DNA from: an uncultured delta proteobacterium
Lineage (GTDB): Bacteria > Myxococcota_A > UBA9160 > SMWR01
Assembly: GCA_963832165.1 (NCBI GenBank)
Contig: CAWHTE010000004.1
Location: 160,001 to 224,000, forward strand
Direction: 5' to 3'
DNA: 64,000 nucleotides
The notes beneath the pieces are model-generated. The model made no database searches. It was not told where the DNA came from and was given only the letters and a program-made list of their open reading frames with translations. Below, one piece after another: positions 1 to 12,350 of this stretch. Position numbers and translations under genes: made by a program. Numbering within the stretch: the first letter of the stretch is position 1; every line of letters starts with the position of its first letter.

Positions 1-595
1 GCTCGAGCCGGCCTACGTAGACGACGAGCGGTTTGCGCTGCGCGATCGGCACGAACGGCGCCTCGGGGCGCCGGATGCCCGGAGGCTGCACCTCGATCTG
101 CTCGCTCGCGATGCCGCGCGCGACGAGGTCGTCGCGCGTGCTGTCGGAGATCGCGACGATCGGCGCGCTGCGATAGGCGAGCGGGATCGCGCGCTCGACG
201 GCCACGACGGCCGCCGCCACGGGCCACGAGACCTGGCGAAACGCGGTGCCGCCGAACAGGTGGTGACACAGGCCGAGCACGGGGCGCGCGGCATAGAGCG
301 GGGCGAGGAACGGCATCTTGTTGAGACACTCGACCACCACGTCGAATTCGCCGCTGCGGGTCGCTCGAGCGCAGCGCAGGGCCGCGCGCGGGTAATAGGT
401 GGGCACGGGGCCCATCCGCTCGAATCGGATCGCGTCGATCTCGTCGTGGGCCGTGGAGCCCGGGAACGAAGAGACGTACTCCGTCACCGAGTGTCCGAGC
501 GCGGCGAGTCGCCTGAACACTTCGTGCACGTGCGTCTCGGCACCGCCGGATCGGGGGTGGCGCGGGTCGCGCTCGTTGAGGATGAGAATCCGCAC
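1..595 (-). CDS. Glycosyltransferase family 4 (GT-B), runs off the window edge
   Basis: Manual translation from GTG at 595: [35 protein letters not shown]...VVYVGRLE, with typical GT4 N-terminal and 'VGRL' motifs. Not in the ORF track. Confidence 0.85.
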   Translation of the reverse strand, partial: MRILILNERDPRHPRSGGAETHVHEVFRRLAALGHSVTEYVSSFPGSTAHDEIDAIRFERMGPVPTYYPRAALRCARATRSGEFDVVVECLNKMPFLAPLYAARPVLGLCHHLFGGTAFRQVSWPVAAAVVAVERAIPLAYRSAPIVAISDSTRDDLVARGIASEQIEVQPPGIRRPEAPFVPIAQRKPLVVYVGRLE

Positions 596-607
596 CCGGC
601 CTCGTGG

Positions 608-1324
608 CTAGAGAAGACCTGCCGCGTCCGCGACGCGCAGGCGCAGCGCCACCCAGACCGCCTCGAAGCCGATCTGCCAGGTGAGCTTCGAGGTGCCGCG
701 GCGCCGGTCGACGAAGAAGAAAGGGATCTCCTTCACCTGGGCGCCCGCGCGCGCGAGCCGGTAGTTGAGCTCGATCTGGAACGAATAACCGTTCGCGCGC
801 ACCTGTTCGATTCCAATCCGCTCGAGCAGCTCGCGGCGCATGCAGCGGAAACCGCTCGTGGTGTCGGTGACCGCGAGCCCCGTCACCCGCTTCACGTAGG
901 CGTTGCCGAAATAGCTGATCAGGATCCGCTCGATCGGCCAGTTCACGACCGTGATGCCCTCGAGATAGCGCGATCCGCTCACCACCTCGTGGCGCTCGAT
1001 CTCCTGGAGCATGGTCGGGACCATCGCGGGCGGGTGCGAGAAATCGGCGTCCATCTGCATCACGCACTCCGCCCCGAGCTCGAGCGCGCGCGCGATGCCC
1101 GCGCGATAGGCGGGCCCGAGGCCCTGCTTGTGCGGGCGGTGCAGCACGTGGACGCGCGGGCTCGCGAGCGCGAGGTCGTCGGCGCACTTGCCGGTTCCAT
1201 CCGGCGAGTCGTCGTCGACCACCAACACCTCGATGCGATCGTCCTGCGCCAGCAACTCGGGAACGAGCAGGGGCAGGTTCTCCGCCTCGTTGTAGGTGGG
1301 AATCACGGCGATGCAGCGCGACAA
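608..1324 (-). CDS. Polyprenol monophosphomannose synthase (GT2, Dpm1-like)
   Basis: [42 protein letters not shown] motifs; TTG start preceded by AGGAG. Confidence 0.9.
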   Translation of the reverse strand: MSRCIAVIPTYNEAENLPLLVPELLAQDDRIEVLVVDDDSPDGTGKCADDLALASPRVHVLHRPHKQGLGPAYRAGIARALELGAECVMQMDADFSHPPAMVPTMLQEIERHEVVSGSRYLEGITVVNWPIERILISYFGNAYVKRVTGLAVTDTTSGFRCMRRELLERIGIEQVRANGYSFQIELNYRLARAGAQVKEIPFFFVDRRRGTSKLTWQIGFEAVWVALRLRVADAAGLL

Positions 1325-1479
1325 AACGGGCTCCTGAACCGGAGTTTGGCGTTCGGGCCGCGTGTGCGTCAACGCGGCGCGCGGCCGCGCCGGGCGGCTG
1401 GAAATTCCGGGTCCGCTCTCCTAGCTTCCCGCGCGCCCCGAGGCCGGGGCACGCCGAAAACAAGGTTTGCGCAGCGAGC

Positions 1480-1539
1480 GCAAGCTTCGCGCAGCGAGCC
1501 GCAGGCGAGCGAAGCTCATCGGGTCGGGCGAGCGAAGCC
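1480..1539 (+). repeat. Dispersed mini-hairpin repeat, copy A (intergenic)
   Basis: GCAAGCTTCGCGCAGCGAGCCGCAGGCGAGCGAAGCTCATCGGGTCGGGCGAGCGAAG closely matches 14044-14100. Confidence 0.75.
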
Positions 1540-1585
1540 CATTCAGCCAGGCCTCTTGCGGCCCATCCCCGGAGACCCGACATCC

Positions 1586-3619
1586 ATGTTCCAGATCGTC
1601 CTTTCTCTGATCGCCGCGATCGCCGCCATCGCCGTGGGCGTGGGGCTCTACCGGCGCGTGATCGCCGCCCCGACCAGCACCGAGCGCGCGAACGAAATCG
1701 CCGCGGCGATCCGCAGCGGCGCGGAGGCGTTCCTGTCGCGCCAGTATCGAACGGTCGCCAAGGTCGGGGTGCCGATCTTCCTGATCGTGTTGGTGTTCCT
1801 GGGCAAGTGGTACGCGTTCGGATTCCTGGTCGGCGCGCTCGCGAGCGCGGCCGCGGGCTTCATCGGGATGAACGTCTCCGTGCGCGCGAACGTGCGCGTC
1901 GCCGAAGCGGCCAAGACCGGCTTCGGCCGCGCGTTCCAGCTCGCGTTCCAGGGCGGCACGGTGACGGGACTCATGGTGGTAGGAGCCGGGCTCCTCTCGC
2001 TCGCGCTGCTCGTGCTGTGTATGCAGCTGGCCCGCCAGACCGATCCCGATGCACTGGTCGGCCTCGCATTCGGCGGGTCGCTGATCTCGGTGTTCGCGCG
2101 ACTCGGCGGCGGGATCTTCACCAAGGGCGCCGATGTCGGTGCCGACCTCGTGGGCAAGGTCGAGGCGGGCATCCCCGAGGACGATCCGCGCAACCCCGCG
2201 GTGATCGCGGACAACGTGGGCGACAACGTCGGCGATTGCGCCGGAATGGCCGCGGACCTGTTCGAGACCTACGGCGTCACCGCGGCGGCCGCGATGCTGC
2301 TCGCGCACATCATCTTCGCGGGCAGCGAGAGCATGTTCCTGTATCCGATGCTCGTCGGCGTCGCCGGCATCGCGGGCACGCTGCTCGCGCTCGGCTTCGT
2401 CACGATCGACGAGCCGGCTCCGGGCGAGGAGCCGGCCGTGATGAGCGCGATGTACAAGGGCCTCGCGATCGCGACGGGCGTGATGGTGGTGCTCGTCGCG
2501 GTGTTCAATCTCTTCGTCTCGTTCCCGGCCGCAGATGCCAACAACCACGCCGTGGGCGGCTTCCGGTTGCTCCTGTGCGCGGTCGTCGGCGGCGCGGTCA
2601 CCGCGGCGATGATGTGGATCACCGACGTCTACACGGGCTCGGGCTCGCGCTTCGTCGAGCGGATCGCGCGCGCGAGCGAGGGCGGTCACGGCACCAACGT
2701 GATCAGCGGGCTCGCGGTCGGCATGCAGGCGACCGCCGTCCCGGTGGTGGTGATCGTGCTCGCGATCATGGTTAGTTTCAGCCTCGCGGGTCTGTTCGGC
2801 GTCGCGATCGCCGCGATGTCGATGCTCTCGCTCGCGGGGATCGTGGTGTCGATCGACGCCTACGGCCCGATCACCGACAACGCGGGCGGCATCGCCGAGA
2901 TGGCGGAGCTCGGGGACGAGGTACGCCGCGTCACCGATCCGCTCGACGCGTTCGGCAACACCACGAAGGCGGTGACGAAGGGCTATGCGATCGCCTCGGC
3001 CGGGATCGCCGCCGTGGTGCTGTTCGCAACCTATCTGGAAGACCTCCGCGCAGCCGGCAACGCGGTGTCCTTCGGGGTGGGCGAGCCGCTCGTGCTCGCG
3101 GGCCTGTTCATCGGCGCGATGATCCCGTTCGTGTTCGCTTCCTTCGCGATGGATGCAGTAGGCCAGGCAGGGACGGCCGTGGTCGAGGAGGTGCGGCGTC
3201 AGTTCCGCGAGATCCCCGGCATCATGGAGGGCGTCGGCAAGCCCGACTATCGCACCTGCGTCGACATCGTCACGAAGGCCGCGCTGCGCCTCATGATCGC
3301 ACCCGCGCTGATCCCGGCCGCGATCCCGATCGTGGTCGGGCTCATGTTCGGCCCGCGCGCACTCGGCGGACTCTTGATCGGCTCGATCGTATCGGGTGTG
3401 TGCGTGGCGCTTTCGATGACCACGGGTGGCGCGGCCTGGGACAACGCCAAGAAGTACATCGAGTCGGGTCAGATGGGCGGAAAGGGCTCGGACGCGCACA
3501 AGGCTGCGGTGACGGGCGATACCGTGGGCGATCCGTACAAGGACACGGCAGGTCCCGCGATCAACCCGATGCTCAAGCTCGTGAACGTGGTCGCGCTGCT
3601 GATGGTCCCGTTCCTGTAG
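1586..3619 (+). CDS. hppA: Membrane-bound pyrophosphatase, K+-independent H+-PPase type
   Basis: [48 protein letters not shown] motifs; ATG at 1586 after GGAGA. Confidence 0.95.
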   Translation: MFQIVLSLIAAIAAIAVGVGLYRRVIAAPTSTERANEIAAAIRSGAEAFLSRQYRTVAKVGVPIFLIVLVFLGKWYAFGFLVGALASAAAGFIGMNVSVRANVRVAEAAKTGFGRAFQLAFQGGTVTGLMVVGAGLLSLALLVLCMQLARQTDPDALVGLAFGGSLISVFARLGGGIFTKGADVGADLVGKVEAGIPEDDPRNPAVIADNVGDNVGDCAGMAADLFETYGVTAAAAMLLAHIIFAGSESMFLYPMLVGVAGIAGTLLALGFVTIDEPAPGEEPAVMSAMYKGLAIATGVMVVLVAVFNLFVSFPAADANNHAVGGFRLLLCAVVGGAVTAAMMWITDVYTGSGSRFVERIARASEGGHGTNVISGLAVGMQATAVPVVVIVLAIMVSFSLAGLFGVAIAAMSMLSLAGIVVSIDAYGPITDNAGGIAEMAELGDEVRRVTDPLDAFGNTTKAVTKGYAIASAGIAAVVLFATYLEDLRAAGNAVSFGVGEPLVLAGLFIGAMIPFVFASFAMDAVGQAGTAVVEEVRRQFREIPGIMEGVGKPDYRTCVDIVTKAALRLMIAPALIPAAIPIVVGLMFGPRALGGLLIGSIVSGVCVALSMTTGGAAWDNAKKYIESGQMGGKGSDAHKAAVTGDTVGDPYKDTAGPAINPMLKLVNVVALLMVPFL

Positions 3620-3652
3620 CCGCGAGGTGGGTCGCGCCGGCGAGTCCGCTCA

Positions 3653-3706
3653 GCGCTCGGCTTCGCCTCGCTGACCGTCGGCCGACTCTCGAGTCGGCCT
3701 CCTAGC
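3653..3706 (-). repeat. Dispersed mini-hairpin repeat, copy B (intergenic)
   Basis: Reverse complement GCTAGGAGGCCGACTCGAGAGTCGGCCGACGGTCAGCGAGGCGAAGCCGAGCGC resembles copies at 11052 and 36426. Confidence 0.6.
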
Positions 3707-3756
3707 TGGCGTTGGAAATTTCCAATAATCTTGCGGGATTAGGAGATTTCCGCGCG

Positions 3757-4962
3757 ATGAGCGACGGCGTCCACCATCACTTCGACAAGCTCAAGCGCCT
3801 CCCGCCCTACATCCTGGCCGAGGTGATCGATCTGATGAAGTCGGCGCGCCGCGCGGGCGACGACATCATCGATCTCGGCATGGGCAACCCGGACCTGCCG
3901 ACGCCGTCCCACATCGTCGAGAAGATCGCCGAGGCGTCGCGCAACCCGCGCAACCACCGCTATTCCGCGTCGCGCGGCATCCCGAATCTGCGCGCGGCGT
4001 GCAGCGAGTGGTACCAGCGCAACCACGGCGTCGAGATCGATCCCAACAGCGAAGCCATCGCGGTGATCGGCGCGAAGGAGGGGCTCTCGCACTTCGTGCT
4101 CATGACGATCGGCCCCGGCGACGTCGTGTTGTGCCCCGACCCCGCGTATCCGATCCACCAGTACTCGGTGATCATCGCGGGCGGCGACCTGCGCCACGTG
4201 CCGCTCACGCCCGACACGGACCTGATCGCGAACCTCGAGGTGGCGATCTCGCGCACGTGGCCGAAGCCGAAGATGCTCATCATCTCGTTCCCGCACAATC
4301 CGACCACGACCGTAGTCGACCGCGGATTCTTCGAGCGCATCATCGCGTTCGCGAAGGAGCACGACCTCATGGTGCTCCACGACTTCGCCTACGCCGAGGT
4401 CTGCTACGACGGCTACAAGCCGCCGAGCATCCTCGAGGTGCCGGGCGCGAAGGACGTGGCGATCGAGTTCCTCTCGCTCTCGAAGAGCCACTCGATGGCG
4501 GGCTGGCGCGTGGGCTTCGCCGCGGGCAACCGCGAGATGGTGCACGCGCTCGCGCGCATCAAGAGCTACCTCGATTACGGCATGCCGCAGGCGATCCAGA
4601 TCGGTGGGATCGTGGCGCTGCGCGGACCGCAGGACGTCGTGGCCGAGAACTGCGCGATCTACCGCGAGCGCCGCGACGCGCTGATCGACGGCCTGGGACA
4701 TCCCGGCGAGGGCGCATGGAAGATCGAGAAGCCGCTCGGGACGATGTTCGTGTGGGCGCAGATTCCCGAGCCATTCCGCGCACTCGGATCGATGGAGTTC
4801 TCGAAACGCTTGATCCGTGAGGCGAAGGTGGCCGTGTCGCCCGGGCTCGGCTTCGGCCAGAACGGCGAGGGCTACGTGCGCTTCGCACTCGTGGAGAACA
4901 AGCACCGCATCCGGCAGGCGGTGCGCGGCATCCGGCGGTTCCTGCGCGAGTCGGGCGCGTAG
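3757..4962 (+). CDS. alaC: PLP-dependent class I/II aminotransferase (AlaC-like)
   Basis: [41 protein letters not shown]; position upstream of hom-thrC. Confidence 0.8.
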   Translation: MSDGVHHHFDKLKRLPPYILAEVIDLMKSARRAGDDIIDLGMGNPDLPTPSHIVEKIAEASRNPRNHRYSASRGIPNLRAACSEWYQRNHGVEIDPNSEAIAVIGAKEGLSHFVLMTIGPGDVVLCPDPAYPIHQYSVIIAGGDLRHVPLTPDTDLIANLEVAISRTWPKPKMLIISFPHNPTTTVVDRGFFERIIAFAKEHDLMVLHDFAYAEVCYDGYKPPSILEVPGAKDVAIEFLSLSKSHSMAGWRVGFAAGNREMVHALARIKSYLDYGMPQAIQIGGIVALRGPQDVVAENCAIYRERRDALIDGLGHPGEGAWKIEKPLGTMFVWAQIPEPFRALGSMEFSKRLIREAKVAVSPGLGFGQNGEGYVRFALVENKHRIRQAVRGIRRFLRESGA

Positions 4963-4972
4963 GAAGGCTGAC

Positions 4973-6307
4973 GTGGGGGAGCGGGGCGTCGGAGTCGGTC
5001 TGATCGGGCTTGGAACGATCGGCATCGGAGTTGCGAAGGTGCTGAGCCGCAACGGCGCGGTGATCGAGCAGCGGCTGGGCTTTCCGCTGCGGCTGGTTCG
5101 CGTCGCGGAGCTCGACCTCGCGCGCGCGAACGGGGTCGACCTGGGCTCTGCGCGCGTCGATGGCGATGCCGAGGGGCTGATCGCGGATCCCGACGTCGCG
5201 ATCGTGGTCGAGCTGATCGGCGGCTACGACGTGGCGCGGCGGCTGATCCTGCGCGCGATCGAGGCCGGCAAGCACGTCGTCACCGCGAACAAGGCGCTGC
5301 TCGCGCTGCACGGGTCCGAGATCTTCGGCGCCGCGGCGCGCCGCGGCGTCGACGTGGGGTTCGAGGCGAGCGTGGCGGGCGGCATCCCGCTCTTGCGCTC
5401 GATCCGCGAGGGGCTCGTCGCCAATCGCATCGAGAGCGTGCACGGAATCGTGAACGGCACCACCAACTACGTGCTCACGCAGATGGAGCGAACGGGCGAG
5501 CCGCAGGAAGCGGTGGTGAAGCGCGCCCAGGGCCTGGGTTACGCGGAGGCCGATCCGAGCTTCGACCTCGACGGCATCGACGCGGCGCACAAGCTCACGC
5601 TGCTCGTGGCGATGGCATTCGGCGCCGAGCTCACGTTCAAGGAGATCCCGACCGAGGGCATCCGCGGGATCGAGCCGGTCGACTTCGAGGCGGCTGAGGA
5701 GTTCGGCTACCGGATCAAGCTGCTCGCGATCGCCAAGAGCCGTATGGATGGCGCGCAAGAGCGCATCGAAGCGCGAGTCCAGCCGACGCTGATCCCGCGC
5801 GAGAGCCTGCTCGCGAGCGTGGACGGCGCGATGAACGCGGTGGCCGTGACCGGCGACGCGGTCGGGCCGACGCTCTTCTACGGCGCGGGCGCGGGCGAGC
5901 TTCCCACCGCGAGCGCAGTGGTCGCCGACCTCGTGGAGATCGCGCGCGAGATCCGGCGCGGGGGAGGGGGCGCACAGCGCGTGGCGCCGCTGTCCTATCT
6001 GCCCGAGGAGCTGCGCCGGCTGCCGCTCGTTCCGCTTGGCGAGCTCGAGGGCCGCGCCTACCTGCGCTTCACCGCACTCGACCGGCCCGGCGTGCTCGGC
6101 CACATTGCGGGTGGGCTCGGCGAACACGGGATCGGGATCGAGTCGGTGATCCAGAAGGGCAGGGGCGGCCACGACGACAGCGTGCCGGTGCTCGTGCTCA
6201 CCCATCCCGCGCGCGAGGATGCCTTGCGCGCGGCGCTCGAGCGCATCGACACGCTGCCCGACGTGACCGCGCCGACGCGCCTGGTCCGGATCGAGGAGAG
6301 ATTGTGA
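4973..6307 (+). CDS. hom: Homoserine dehydrogenase with C-terminal ACT domain
   Basis: [51 protein letters not shown]-like DRPGVL. Confidence 0.95.
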   Translation: MGERGVGVGLIGLGTIGIGVAKVLSRNGAVIEQRLGFPLRLVRVAELDLARANGVDLGSARVDGDAEGLIADPDVAIVVELIGGYDVARRLILRAIEAGKHVVTANKALLALHGSEIFGAAARRGVDVGFEASVAGGIPLLRSIREGLVANRIESVHGIVNGTTNYVLTQMERTGEPQEAVVKRAQGLGYAEADPSFDLDGIDAAHKLTLLVAMAFGAELTFKEIPTEGIRGIEPVDFEAAEEFGYRIKLLAIAKSRMDGAQERIEARVQPTLIPRESLLASVDGAMNAVAVTGDAVGPTLFYGAGAGELPTASAVVADLVEIAREIRRGGGGAQRVAPLSYLPEELRRLPLVPLGELEGRAYLRFTALDRPGVLGHIAGGLGEHGIGIESVIQKGRGGHDDSVPVLVLTHPAREDALRAALERIDTLPDVTAPTRLVRIEERL

Positions 6308-7659
6308 TGGCCGCCTCGAAGCCCGCGCATCGCGCCTGGTTCCGCAGCATCGCGGATCACGACGAGGTGTATCCGCTCGACGAAGTCGTATACACCGCGC
6401 GCGACGGATCGCTGCTCGAAGTCGCGCACGACATGCAAGAGCTCGCCAAGACGCCCGCTGCGGAGTGGAAGCGGCTGTTCCGCGACCGCGCGCACTCGAG
6501 CACCTGGCCGTACGGATCGGGCGTATGGGGGAAGAAGGAGTGGGTGCTGCCCAACGTCGACAACGAGAACGTCGTGTCGATGTACGAGGGCCACACGAAC
6601 CTGTTCTGGGCCGAGCGCTACGGCCGTCAGCTCGGCCTCGACGAGCTCTGGATCAAGCAGTGCGGGAACTCGCACACGGGCTCGTTCAAGGACCTCGGGA
6701 TGACCGTGCTCGTGTCGATGGTCAAGGACATGATCCATCGCGGCCGCGAGATCCCCGCGGTCGCGTGCGCGTCGACGGGCGACACGTCGGCGGCGCTCGC
6801 GGCCTACGCGGCGGCGGCGGAGATCCCTGCGATCGTCTTCCTGCCGCGCGGCAAGGTGTCGGTGGCGCAGCTGATCCAGCCGGTCGCGAACGGCGCGATC
6901 GTGTTCGCGCTCGACACCGATTTCGACGGCTGCATGGAGATCGTGAAGGAGATCTCCGCCCGCGACGGCATCTACCTCGCCAATTCGATGAACAGCCTGC
7001 GCATCGAGGGCCAGAAGACCGTCGGGATCGAGATCATCGAACAATTCGACTGGGAGGTGCCCGACTGGATGGTGATCCCGGGCGGCAACCTCGGAAACGT
7101 GTCGGCGCTCGCGAAGGGACTCGACATGCTGGTCGAGCTGGGACTGATCGACCGCACGCCGAGGATCGTCTGCGCGCAGGCCGAGGCCGCCAACCCGCTC
7201 TACCTGTCCTATCAGCGCAACTTCGAGGTTTTCGAGCCGATCGCGGCGCGCCCGACGCTCGCCAGCGCGATCCAGATCGGCAACCCGGTCTCGATCGAGA
7301 AGGCGATCGACGCGCTCCAGCGCTACGGCGGGATCGTCGAGCAGGCGAGCGAAGAGGAGATCGCGGAGTCGTGTGCGCGCGCCGATCGCACGGGGCTGTT
7401 CAACTGTCCGCACACGGGCGTGGCGCTCGCCGCGACCGAGAAGCTCGTGGCGCGTGGCGTGATCCGGAAGAGCGATCGCGTGGTGGCGATCTCGACCGCG
7501 CACGGGCTCAAGTTCGTCGACTTCAAGGTGAAGTACCACGAGATGACGCTCGACGGGATCGTCTCGCAGCGGCCGAATCCGCCGATCGAGCTGCCGGCCG
7601 ACTACGACGTGGTGCGCGACCGCATGCACCGCGAGATCGAGCGCCGGTTCGGGAAGTAG
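6304..7659 (+). CDS. thrC: Threonine synthase
   Basis: [12 protein letters not shown] lysine, [22 protein letters not shown]; overlaps hom stop. Confidence 0.95.
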   Translation: MMAASKPAHRAWFRSIADHDEVYPLDEVVYTARDGSLLEVAHDMQELAKTPAAEWKRLFRDRAHSSTWPYGSGVWGKKEWVLPNVDNENVVSMYEGHTNLFWAERYGRQLGLDELWIKQCGNSHTGSFKDLGMTVLVSMVKDMIHRGREIPAVACASTGDTSAALAAYAAAAEIPAIVFLPRGKVSVAQLIQPVANGAIVFALDTDFDGCMEIVKEISARDGIYLANSMNSLRIEGQKTVGIEIIEQFDWEVPDWMVIPGGNLGNVSALAKGLDMLVELGLIDRTPRIVCAQAEAANPLYLSYQRNFEVFEPIAARPTLASAIQIGNPVSIEKAIDALQRYGGIVEQASEEEIAESCARADRTGLFNCPHTGVALAATEKLVARGVIRKSDRVVAISTAHGLKFVDFKVKYHEMTLDGIVSQRPNPPIELPADYDVVRDRMHREIERRFGK

Positions 7660-7663
7660 CCGT

Positions 7664-8260
7664 TTGTTCACGGGGATCATCGAAGCGGTGGGCACCGTCG
7701 CGGCGCTCGAGCCGCGGGGATCGCAGGTGCAGGTGGTGGTCGAGGCGCCGTCGATCGCGTCAGGCGTGCGCGTCGGGGACAGCATCGCCGTGAACGGCGC
7801 CTGCCTGACCGTCACGAAGATCGCGGGCGCGCTCCTCCACTTCGACGCGGTGCGCGAGACGCTCGAGTGCACTTCACTCGGCGACCAGCGCGTGGGCGCG
7901 CGCGTGAACGTGGAGCGCGCGATGCGCGCGGACGGCCGGCTCGATGGTCACATCGTGCAGGGACACGTCGACGGCACCGGCCGCGTGGACGCGCTCGCGC
8001 ACGACGGCGACGACGTGCGCTTCCACGTGCGCTGCGACGCCGAGATCGCGCGCTACCTGGTCCCGAAGGGCTCGATCGCGATCGACGGGGTGTCGCTGAC
8101 GGTGGTCGGCGTCACGGACACCGGCTTCGACGTCGCGCTGATTCCGCACACGCTCGCGGAGACGAATCTCGGCGACCGCCGCCCCGGTGACCGCGTGAAT
8201 CTCGAGGCCGACGTGCTCGGGAAGTACGTGGTGCGCTACCTCGAGCGCACGCGTCCTTAG
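7664..8260 (+). CDS. ribE: Riboflavin synthase (alpha chain)
   Basis: MFTGII start, GDSIAVNGACLTV, GHIVQGHVDG, KGSIAIDGVSLTV. Confidence 0.95.
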   Translation: MFTGIIEAVGTVAALEPRGSQVQVVVEAPSIASGVRVGDSIAVNGACLTVTKIAGALLHFDAVRETLECTSLGDQRVGARVNVERAMRADGRLDGHIVQGHVDGTGRVDALAHDGDDVRFHVRCDAEIARYLVPKGSIAIDGVSLTVVGVTDTGFDVALIPHTLAETNLGDRRPGDRVNLEADVLGKYVVRYLERTRP

Positions 8261-8605
8261 CCGTCTGAAATGCTTACCCTGACCGGGCGGATGTTGTCGC
8301 TCCGGCCCGGGCTTCGGCAGTGGACCCGGAGCCGCGCGGCGTTCCAGCTCCGACCCGACGGGCTCGCTCGCAGCGCCCGCTTGCGACTGCCGCGTCATTG
8401 AGAGGTTCACGCTTCCAGCGGCGATTCAGTCCGGAGCGGCTTGCTGCGGCGAAGTAAAGCGCAGCCGGCCACGGGCCCGTGCAGGCTCGGTGACACTTTG
8501 GAGCGTGAGCGGTCGCCGGCCCGGCGAAAGTCGACGTCCGCCCAGGCCTGGCGAGCCATGAGCGCAGCAAGTTAACCACTCCCCGCGCTCGACTTCGAGT
8601 CGGGA

Positions 8606-9388
8606 CTACAGCTCCGCGACGACGTGGCCGCCGTCGACGACGATCGTGGAGCCCGTCATCCAGGCGGAGGCGTCGGACGCGAGCAGGAGTAGCGGGCCGT
8701 CGAGGTCTTCGAACCGCCCATAGCGGCGCATCGGGATCCCCTTCTCGAACGCCTCGGACAGCGGGCTCTCGAGCAGCACGCGGGAGACGTCGGTGAGGAT
8801 GTAGCCCGGCGCGAGCGCGTTCACGCGGATCCCGAACTTGGCGCCCTCGAGCGCCATCACCTCGGTCGCCTTGACCAGGGCCGCCTTCGAGACCGCGTAC
8901 GGAAACTGCCCCTTGATGGTCCGGAACGCCGAGATCGAGGCGATGTTGACGATGTTGCCGCCTGTTTTTCGCGCAGCGACGCGCTCGGTGTAGAGCTTCG
9001 AGCCGAGCCAGACGCTCTTGAGGTTGGTGTCGAGCACGGAGTCCCAGTCGCCTTCATCAATCATGGCGTAGGTCTTGGGGCCAGGCTCGATGCCCGCGTT
9101 GTTCACGAGCACGTCGAGCGAACCGAACTCGTCCCAGGCGGCGTCGAGGAAGTGCGCGAGGCTCGCGGAATCGAGCACGTCGAGCGCGACGCCGTGCGCC
9201 TGCGCACCCGCGCTGCGCAGCTCTTCCACGCGCTCGGCGATCTTCTCCACGCGCCGCGCACCCAGCACGACGCGGGCCCCGGCCGATGCGAGGACGCCCG
9301 CGAAGTGGTGCCCGAACCCCGAGGACGCACCCGTGATCGCGACGGTCTTGCCGTCCAGGCGGAAGCGATCGAGGGGCGCGGTCGCCAT
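8606..9388 (-). CDS. SDR family oxidoreductase
   Basis: TGASSGFG, NNAG, YAVSK, RVNALAPG. Confidence 0.9.
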   Translation of the reverse strand: MATAPLDRFRLDGKTVAITGASSGFGHHFAGVLASAGARVVLGARRVEKIAERVEELRSAGAQAHGVALDVLDSASLAHFLDAAWDEFGSLDVLVNNAGIEPGPKTYAMIDEGDWDSVLDTNLKSVWLGSKLYTERVAARKTGGNIVNIASISAFRTIKGQFPYAVSKAALVKATEVMALEGAKFGIRVNALAPGYILTDVSRVLLESPLSEAFEKGIPMRRYGRFEDLDGPLLLLASDASAWMTGSTIVVDGGHVVAEL

Positions 9389-9417
9389 GCGTGCGGGTCT
9401 ATTCTAATCGTCTCGGT

Positions 9418-10113
9418 ATGAACCGGCTCCTCGATGTGACGACTTCCGTGTTCACGACCATTGGGCGCCTCGGCAGCGGCGCACGGGTGGGGGCGCTCGG
9501 CGCGAGGCCGGCGCGTCCTCTCGAGCTCTACGAGTTCGAGGCGTGTCCGTTCTGCCGCAAGGTGCGCGAGGCGCTCTCGATCCTCGATCTCGCGGCGATC
9601 GTGTATCCGTGCCCGAAGGGCGGCCCGACCTGGCGTCCCCGGGTGCGCGCCCAGGGTGGTCGCGAGCTGTTCCCGTACCTGGTCGACCCGAACACTGGCA
9701 AGGCGATGTACGAGTCGAGTGACATCGTCCGATATCTGTTCGCCGAGTACGGAGACGGGCGTGTGCCGCTCGCGCTGGGCGCCGGGGTGCTCACGGATGC
9801 GTCGTCGATCGTTTCCGGGTTGTGGCGCCTCGGGGAAGGCAGCCGGTACCGGCGCGCGCGCGTCCCCGAGCAGTTCCTCGAGCTCTACTCGTTCGAGGCG
9901 TCGCCGTTCAGCCGCATCGTGCGCGAGGAGCTCTCCAGCCTCGAGCTCGCGTACCGCCTCCGCAACGTCGCCGCGGGCAGCGAGCATCGCGAAGCGTTCG
10001 TCGCGCGTTCGGGCAAGATGATGGTGCCGTGGCTCGCAGATCCGAACACGGGCATCGAGATGTTCGAGTCGGCGGACATCGTCGCGTATCTGAACGAGAC
10101 CTACGCGCTGTAA
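9418..10113 (+). CDS. Tandem glutaredoxin/GST-N domain protein
   Basis: Two repeats: LYEFEACPFCRKVRE...PYLVDPNTG..MYESSDI and LYSFEASPFSRIVRE...PWLADPNTG..MFESADI. Confidence 0.85.
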   Translation: MNRLLDVTTSVFTTIGRLGSGARVGALGARPARPLELYEFEACPFCRKVREALSILDLAAIVYPCPKGGPTWRPRVRAQGGRELFPYLVDPNTGKAMYESSDIVRYLFAEYGDGRVPLALGAGVLTDASSIVSGLWRLGEGSRYRRARVPEQFLELYSFEASPFSRIVREELSSLELAYRLRNVAAGSEHREAFVARSGKMMVPWLADPNTGIEMFESADIVAYLNETYAL

Positions 10114-10212
10114 TCGTCACGTGCCGAGCAGTTCAGGGGCGCGCTGCCGCGCGCCGCCGCCCGACAGGCCGAGGCCCGTGCGCGATCGCATGAGCTCGTC
10201 ATCGGTGCGGCC

Positions 10213-11089
10213 GTGGCGCGCCCGAGCGTAGTACTCTCCGACGCGATGTCGGATCCGGATCCGGGCCTCCGCGTCGTCGACGGCGAGATGGACCAGGTGG
10301 CCCTTCACGCGCTGCCGGCCGGCGAGGTCGCCGTGTTCAGCTGCCGCTCGCCGGGCCGCGAGGGTCCGAACGAGGACTCGGCCGCGGTGCTCCCGTTCGG
10401 TGACGGCGCCTGCGTGCTCGCGGTAGCGGACGGCCTGGGCGGCGGCCGCTCAGGTGCGCGCGCCTCTGCGCTCGCGATCGAGGCTCTTGCCGCGGCGCTG
10501 GTCGAGGCGCAGCGCGAGCAGTGGCCGATTCGCACCGCGATCCTGAACGGGATCGAGCGCGCGAACGAGGCGATTCGTGGACTCGGGATCGGCGCGTGCA
10601 CGACGCTCTCGGCGGTCGAGGTCGCAGACGGAGCGATCCGCCCCTATCACGTGGGCGACTCGATGATCCTGCTGATCGGCCAACGCGGCCGGCTCAAGCT
10701 CCAGACGGTCGCGCACTCGCCGGTCGGCTTCGCGGTCGAAGCGGGGCTGCTCGACGAAGTCGAAGCGATGCACCACAAGGAGCGCCACCTCGTGTCGAAC
10801 GTGCTCGGCGCTCCGGACATGCGGATCGAGGTCGGCTCGCAGCAGCGGATCGCGCCTCGCGACACGCTGGTGCTCGCGAGCGACGGACTCTCGGACAACC
10901 TGCGCACCGACGAGATCGCCGCGCTGCTCCGCACGGGTCCGCTCGACGCCGCGTGCGATCGCCTCGCCGAGCTCGCGCGCGCGCGCATGTGCGCGCCATC
11001 GGAGGGCGAGCCGTCGAAGCCCGACGACCTGACGTTCGTGGCGTTCCGGTCGCAAGGAGGCCGACGAAGTCGGCCGACGCGCAGCGTAG
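10213..11089 (+). CDS. PP2C-family protein phosphatase (stop masked by a probable 1-nt insertion at 11086)
   Basis: NEDS, AVADGLGG, HVGDS, LASDGLSD, DDLT motifs. Confidence 0.85.
11052..11085 (+). repeat. Dispersed mini-hairpin repeat, copy C, in frame in the PP2C C-terminus
   Basis: GCAAGGAGGCCGACGAAGTCGGCCGACGCGCAGC nearly identical to 36426-36459; encodes QGGRRSRPTRS. Confidence 0.75.
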
Positions 11090-12051
11090 GCGAGCTTCGT
11101 GGAGCGCCGCTCGATCGTCGCGCGCGCGTCGCGCATCACCCGATCGATGATCTCGGCGCAGGTCGGGATGTCGTTGATGCCGCCGGCGCCCTGGCCGCAC
11201 GGCATGCACGCGCGCTCGGCCTCGAAGTCGTCCGCCTCGGCCGTGGCGAACAGCAGCACGCCTTCGCGCGCGGCCAGCGACATCTGATCCGGGAAGCGCC
11301 GGATCTCGTTCGGGCGGCGCTCCCAGTCGTCGACCCACGCGTTGCGCACCACGCGCATCGGCTTGCCCGAGTAGGAGCGCGTGATCGCCGTGTCCGCCGA
11401 GCTGATCTCGGTGATGCGCTTCTTGTAGCCCTCGTTGGCGCGCGCCTCCTGCGAAGCGATGAAGCGCGTGCCCATCCAGACGCCCTGCGCGCCGAACGCA
11501 AGCGCCGCGGCGAGCCCGCGTCCGTCGACGAATGCGCCCGCGGCCAGCACCGGAATCTTCACGGCGTCGACGATCTGCGGGATCAGCGCGACGCCGCCGA
11601 TCTGGCCCGTGTGTCCGCCGGCCTCGGTGCCCTGCGCCACCACGACGTCGCAGCCCGCTTCCTCGGCCGCGATCGCGTGGCTCACCTTGCCGCACATGCT
11701 CATCACGAGCAGGCCCGCGTCGTGACAGCGCTGGATCACGGGTCCCGGTACGCCGAGCCCCGCGATGAACGCCTTCGCGCCGCCTTCGATGATCGCGTCG
11801 ATCGACGCGAGCATGCTCTCGGGAAGGGCTGCGAGCAGATCGACGCCGAACGGCTTGTCGGTCAGGTCGCGCACTTTGCGCATCTCTTCGCGGATCCCGT
11901 CCGTGGTGGCGGCCGCCATGCCGAGCGTGCCGAAGCCGCCGGCCTCGGATACCGCGGCGCAGACGTCGGCGTAGGCGACACCGCCCATGCCCGCGAGACA
12001 GATCGGAACCTCGATGCCGAGCAGATCACAAAGGGGGGTTCGTAGATTCAT
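11085..12051 (-). CDS. Nitronate monooxygenase / FabK-like flavin oxidoreductase
   Basis: PICLAGMGGV, VAQGTEAGGHTG, LAAGAFVDGRG, GVWMGTRF; stop masked by the same insertion at 11086. Confidence 0.85.
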
Positions 12052-12350
12052 CGCGCGCATTGTAGCCGCAGTGAAACCCGCGCGAGGTCGAGCCTTTGCG
12101 TCTATCCCCGCCAGACGGGATCAAGGTCGGCGAATACCGGTGTTTGTTTTTGGCCCCGTTCCGTTCCGGGCGCAGGATTCTTGGAAAAGTGAATGATCGC
12201 GGGCCAGTTAAGCGCAAAGTCGCGTCTTGGAATTGCGCGCGTTGCGCTATCGTGCGTGTGTGACCAGCATCGCGCCGAGCGACACCGATGGCGCCTCGCG
12301 GGGGGCGGGTCGCCAGGACGGTTCGCACGAAGCAGGTGTGGAGGGCGCTG

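Noticed and set aside
260..1585. 442-aa N-terminal extension of HppA in the ORF track
   Set aside because: It is the antisense of two glycosyltransferase genes plus intergenic DNA; ATG 1586 has its own RBS.
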